This document shows, piece by piece, positions 58,249 to 64,000 of a stretch of 64,000 nt of DNA. The stretch lies in assembly GCF_009914755.1 (NCBI RefSeq), contig NC_060927.1; one strand, written 5' to 3'. This stretch comes from the human T2T-CHM13v2.0 reference genome, Homo sapiens. Positions within the stretch are counted from its first letter, which is position 1; the number at the start of each line of letters is the position of its first letter. Made by a program: the position numbers and the translations under genes. The notes under the pieces were generated by a model. It did not search any database. It was not told where the DNA came from and saw only the letters and a program-made list of their open reading frames with translations.

Positions 58249-58714
58249 TTGGGGGAGGGGAGCAGATGAAGAACGGAAGTAGATGCTTGTGTAGGGCAGC
58301 CTTGAAAACACACAGGAAGGAAAGCAAAGAAGGCCTGGAGGGTGCAGCTTCAGATAGAGGGAAAGGAGCTATGTGTGAGTGAGGGAGGAAGACGAGTGTG
58401 CTGCAGGAGAGGGTGAGAAAGGTTGGATTGTTCTGCCTTATTCCCTGAGCCTAATTTGCTTAGATAGAATCCCAAAGCCATTCTCAAGTCAAAGAAAAAG
58501 ATACACCTTTGAGACAACAGTGGAAACTAAGATGGCTCCACAACCATGAGTAATAAATTAGATCCCACTGACACTTGGGTAGAGAACCAGATAAAAAAAA
58601 AAAAATGCCTTTCTATTCATACTTCAAAACAAAACAGATTCTAATCACCTCAGCAAAAATAGGAGGGCTGGAAATAATAGATAGTCTGTAAGATTTGTAG
58701 CTGGTAAATGAAAA

Positions 58715-58860
58715 ATTATTATTAATAGCTAATATCTACTATGTCAGGTTCTGTTATAAGCATTTTACACACATTAACTCATCACAGCCCATTATGCTGT
58801 TACCCTCATTTTACAGATAAGGAAACGCACAAAGAAGTTAGATGACTTGTTGAAAGTATC
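58715..58860 (-). mobile_element. MIR SINE
   Basis: ccctcattttacagataaggaaacgcacaaagaagttagatgacttg. Confidence 0.75.
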
Positions 58861-59199
58861 TATTATTTAACATAGGCAGCATCTCATTTGACTTCTGCAT
58901 TTTCTTTATTGCTTCCTTTTAGCAAACAAAAAAAATATTTCTAAGAGCTTTCATTAGATTGAAAATATTTTCAGAGTTCACTTACAATCTTAGTCTTTCT
59001 AGCACTAGTTTTTCCCTCAAGATCTTGAGTTTTCAGCTATTATTTCTCAAAATGGAGTTTTCAGAAGGCAGGCGGTGACTTCAGTCTAGGACATACAAGG
59101 TTTGCAGGAGGCTGGCCGCTTGAGAAGTTGATATTATGATGCGCAGATGGCCAAAAGTTCCACAGAGCAACCAACTCAGACTGGGCTGAACAGAAATGG

Positions 59200-61020
59200 T
59201 AGCAAAAGTAGGACTTTAATTCAGTCCTAAAAGATCAGAAGAATAAGACTGGGGGGAAGACAAGGAAGGACATTTCAAGCAACAAGTAAAGGCACTGGCC
59301 AATGTATGAGGAAGGGCTTAAGTCTGTGTATGGCTATGACATCACATGTGTGTAGAAAATAGCAGGATATGCAATTGGAGAAGACAAAGTCCCAATGAAG
59401 AACAGCTTCCTGTGTCACGTAAGGAGTACGATGTTAAAGAGTTTACACTTGGGAGTTACAAGATCAGACTGGATTCCAGAAAGGTCACCCTGTCACCATC
59501 TTCCCCACTCCTTGCCCACCTTCCTACCCGCTACCACTCAGATCCAGGATTGCAGTTCATCTGTCCTCTACCAAGATTTGGAGATGATTAATCCAGTCAG
59601 GATCTGAAACAAAGGCTGGCAGTGAAAAGAGAATAGATCCAAAGAATAAATAAGTAGAATCAACAGGACATGTAGATGGTGTTTTGGAGAATTGAAAGAG
59701 AAACAGAAGTCCTCCAGGAAGATAACATCTCTGGCTTGTACAATCTAGGTGGGTAAGAGTGCCATTCTTTGAGACAGAAGACTCGGGAAAACATGAAGAA
59801 GGCAGGAAGTGACTTCAGTCAAGGACATAACAAGGTTTTCGGGGGCCGGGTAGACATCCAGACAGATGTGTCCATTAGTCCAGTGGAGAAGACTGGGCTT
59901 CAGGAGGTCAAGTCAGTCTACAGAGACAGAAGGACTTGCAATGAACCCCAAGAAAAAACAACCAGCGGGTGGGAAAAAAGAAAGCAGCAATATGACTGCA
60001 AATCAAGGAAAGAGAAAGTTTCAGGAAGGAGGATGTGATGAGTTTCAAAAAGGAGGGTATGGTCAGAGCCAGTGCTACAGAAGACCAAGTGAAATAAAGA
60101 CTAAAAAGAGCTCATTCAATCTGGCAATTATGAAGCCCCTGGGACCTTACACAGCAATGCAGGGACAGACATCAGTTTGTATAGAGTGAAGGAAAAAATG
60201 GGAGGTGACTATGTGGAGGCAAAGAGGGTAGAAAAAAGTTGCTTGGTCTGAAAAGAGATGAAACTAGTCCTGAGGTCTCGCTGAAGATGACTGCAGGCTG
60301 GGAGGAAAGGGGCAATTCTGGGCAAGGGAGGAGACAACAGAAACAGCAGGAGGAGTCCTCTCACACAGAGGGAAAAGCTTTACATTGAGTTAGGATGAAA
60401 GAAGGTAAGAATGTGGGAAGAAGATGAGTTTGAGAAGAAAGGCAGAGGGAGACCTGTGGGATATTTACCCAATAAGGGATACCTGTCCAATGGCTCCAGT
60501 TTTTCTAAAAGGCATAGAAGAAGGTCACCTGTGGAGAACAATGAAGGCAGGGGCAGCGGAAGGGAGGAGAGGAGAGTGGTGGAGATTGGGAGCAACTATT
60601 CCAGGGAAAACAGGAGAAGGAACTGAGCAGGTACATACACAGTTGATTATTAAGCAGTGCTGAGTTGAGCTGTGCAGCCCAAATGCAGAAAAATAAACAG
60701 CTAGACTGACCTTAGGGAAGGGGTCTGCAAGGTGGATATTATGGAAGAACAAAGGATAAAGGAGATAGTACATGTTGGCTAAAAATGATTAAACTAAGAA
60801 ATCATGAGGCCCAAGGCTGGAGAGACAAGTTATTAAAGTTTCATGGGGACTGAGAGACTGACAAAAGACCCGAGGGCTTAGTCAACATCAAAGAACAGGT
60901 GTGTAGGGTGTGAGGGAGTACAGGCTGGAAGCATCAAAGGCTGTGGTCTAAGATTGGGATGCTGTACATTTAAGATTTTAAAAGCAAAACAGACCTGGGT
61001 CATAAAAAGTCCAGGTTGTG
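59200..61020 (-). mobile_element. Long degraded L2 region
   Basis: Purine-rich plus strand with L2-like motifs (gagatgattaatccag, gacttcagtcaaggacat, agagccagtgctacagaagaccaagtgaaataaagact). Boundaries uncertain. Confidence 0.5.
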
Positions 61021-62924
61021 AATAATAAGAGTGGGGTGTCATTCCAGGTAATAGCAATATAACTATAGTATCAATATTATACCATTTTACAAGTGAGACA
61101 AGGACTAGATGACTTATTCAACATCACAGCTGGTTAATGGCAAGGCTAAAGTTTCAATCCAAGTCTTTGCTGCCAAGTCTTATTGACCTTGTCATACAAA
61201 ATCATTTTACTTGGTACCTTTTTCTTTCAGCCTTTGAATAAGAAATAATAAAATGGTGATTTTGCTTTCAGACTAGGACGACGTTATAAATGAAAGAAAG
61301 CTATCAATCTGACTTAAAATGCAAGTGAAAGTAACGGTTTTATTTTCAGAACTCTGGTTATTACCCATAGTGTAGGAGCTTATGAAATTCTGTTAAAGTG
61401 TATCTTTGCATACTGTTTTCTTATTATAGAAACATTAAAAGTAACTAGCTATTGAACATGGCAACAAAAATAGTTAAGAACCACTTTATCTCATAAAACA
61501 TAAATTTCAGCCTCCAGTGGCATGTCTGCTATTATTTCATAATTCTGGGTCCCACTCCCTATTAAGTCCAAGGCTGTGTCAGGATGATTTAGGAAGATAA
61601 AGCAATGTTACACCACATATTTTCAACCCAGGTACCTTTAGGCATACATCCAAATGTGAATATCAGATCTGTACAAATGTAAATGGAGTTGTCATTTTCT
61701 TTGATTAAGAATCACTCAGGCTCTCCATCACCATTACTAGACAAGACAGAGTGGCCTGCTGCCAACTTAAGGGGGCTGGAGGGATGGGGCAGTGGTGTGG
61801 AAATGGCAAATTAGGGGCCTCCTGCAGTGAGTTACTGCTCACCAGTCCTGGGCAGCCCTTAGGACATTATACATTAAGACACATATTCAAATGGAATGAT
61901 GGTGGTACACATCAGCATAATTCACCTCAAATAATTCATTACAAAAAGACAAATGAACAAATGTCAAATTTGCTGCCTATGATATTAGCTATTACTGTCT
62001 TGTACGATATATATTAAGTGAGGAGCCTGCAGGAAAGCATATACAGTTATTCCATAGCTATTTATTTCATCCACTCTTGAGGCAAGTAGCGTCTTTCCCT
62101 GTCAGTTGGAACCAATCCAACCCACCCAACCCAACCTACCTAGACTCCCTAACTGTTCCTAGCTATCCTGGTTTCTTACTGAGCTAGTAACTAATAGTTT
62201 GCTTTTACTGTATATCAACTTGTCAGGCTAAGGTTTTACATGATTACTATTTAATCCCCACATTGCCCATGTGAAGTAGGTGCTACTACCACCCCCATTA
62301 TACTAATGAAGAGAGCAAAGCACAGTCCCAAAGTCAGCCAGCTGGTAAGGCCAAGCTCTTAGCGATGCCTGCATGCTTCTGCCTTTGTTACTCCGCCTTT
62401 CAAATTTCACCCAACTTCTGCTCTATAGCTTGATGGCACATGTTCAGGAAGAATTCCCATTTACTTCAGTCCATACTGATTACTCCCTTCTCAGAAGTAG
62501 CTCATCCATACCTGGATGGAAGCTTTGCTTTCTGGTAATGCCAGCACCCTCTAATTTTCATGGGACAGGCCTTGGAGAGACTGACCCAGTCTTGTTTGCC
62601 TGGGAAAATGGTGTTGATGGATGGACAGCTTCTTTGTGGTAGTGAGATTTGGGTTAAATAGCTCCAGTACCTTAAAAATTCCAAGATGTAACCTAAGCCC
62701 TAGTCCCCCAAAATATTCAGAAACAGGGATTCCTAGAAATCTAAATCATGCCCTTTAAAAATTTCGTGTCCAAACCTGATAGACTTAAAAAATTAGAAAT
62801 GAAGAATATTAGAGACATTCATGTCCACTGATATTAACCCCTTCCATCCTACTTCTCTAAAGCCATGCAGCTAGCTCAGAGAAAAGTAGGAACTCCAACT
62901 CCTTCAGCTGTGGGAGGTGGGAAC

Positions 62925-63130
62925 AACACAGGCCCTGTGGTCAGATACCTTCAGTTCTGTCACTCACTGGCTGTGTGACCATGAGGAAATCATTCAGATC
63001 TCTTTAGATCTCAGTTTCCACACTAAAATCAGAGAAATGATACTTAAGGCCGTTATAAGAACTAAAATAGCTAATGTGAAAGTTTTGTAAACCATATAGT
63101 GCTCTAAAAATGCTACAAACTTCCATTATT
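62925..63130 (+). mobile_element. MIR SINE
   Basis: cactcactggctgtgtgaccatgaggaaatcattcagatctctttagatctcagtttcc. Confidence 0.75.
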
Positions 63131-64000
63131 ATTCTACATTTGGGATTTCTGACTTTCATGACAGAGATTTGTTTTTATCTTGCAATCCTCTGCTGCAACA
63201 ATTATCAATTGATGGTGTCCCAGACCACTGTCAAAATACAGTGTACATTATTCAAAGACCCCAAATACCAAATGGTCACAAGCCTAGTGTGTTATTATGT
63301 CTGAAAGTGTTTGAGTGACCAAAGAATGACTGAAGCTCTCATCTAAACAGCAGAAGGAAAACCAGAATAACCCAACAAAAGGTATCATGTACACACATCA
63401 ACTACCAGACAGGTTAAAGGTGGGCAACATCCTATGAGAGATGAGACTAAATTAAAGCACATGTTGGAACCTGCCTGTGGTCTGGGAAGAACAGCAGATA
63501 CAGACAGCAGAGAACAGCAGGAACAGACAACAGAGACCGGGACACAGATATGAGAACTTCCTAAAGAAGGAAGAAGGGATGAGTCCATTAAAAGATGACA
63601 ATTTAGAATGTCAAGAGTCCTCTGGTGTGTTCTAAAATGAGGCTGGCTACTTGTGTTGTTAGAGGCCTGAGATGATGTCTACATGTTTGGGTAATGATCT
63701 TGGATGATATGAACTGATAGCTAGGCCCAGAAGTAAGAAACAGGTACTGCCATAATAGTTATCAACCTTCCTGCCACAGTCTTGGGATGAGTTCCTCTGT
63801 CCTGGGCAAGTTGGCTGGGGCTGAAGCACAGAGCAAGGGCCATTGCAAGGTGCTCCTTATTAGGACATTTTTCATCTAACTTAGACCCACAGACTATGTG
63901 CACTTAGTTGGGGCCTAATTATCAAGAACCTGTATTCCACACATACACTATTTGATACTTAATATAAATAATGTACCCAATTTTATTTAGCAAAACTAGC

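Overview
Primate (most likely human) genomic DNA from inside the TNIK gene (TRAF2- and NCK-interacting kinase, Ste20/GCK-IV family), which runs on the minus strand. Five coding exons of the N-terminal kinase domain are present (exons 3-7 by my recall of the gene structure: 40470-40526, 23421-23546, 6829-6939, 3001-3091, 1006-1136). All have canonical AG/GT boundaries and splice into one intact frame: GRHVKTGQLAAIK...HRDIKGQN...DFG...GTPYWMAPE...TYDFK. The rest is intron filled with Alu, L1, L2, MIR, MLT/ERVL LTR and MER DNA-transposon relics plus microsatellites. Almost all other ORFs in the track are Alu/L1 relics or chance frames. I found no prokaryotic-type system, CRISPR array or new gene. 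The most unusual signal is a series of non-TE local copy-paste events. Short segments (41-221 bp) were copied from 0.7-2.2 kb away. Three of them carry a perfect fold-back hairpin at a junction, one joins two donors from opposite sides, and one splits an Alu. Several stand-alone fold-back tracts are also present. These look like fixed germline scars of template-switch repair (TMEJ/MMBIR-like). The mechanism is known in general, and whether this density is unusual needs a genome-wide comparison. Repeat subfamily names and boundaries are by eye and approximate.
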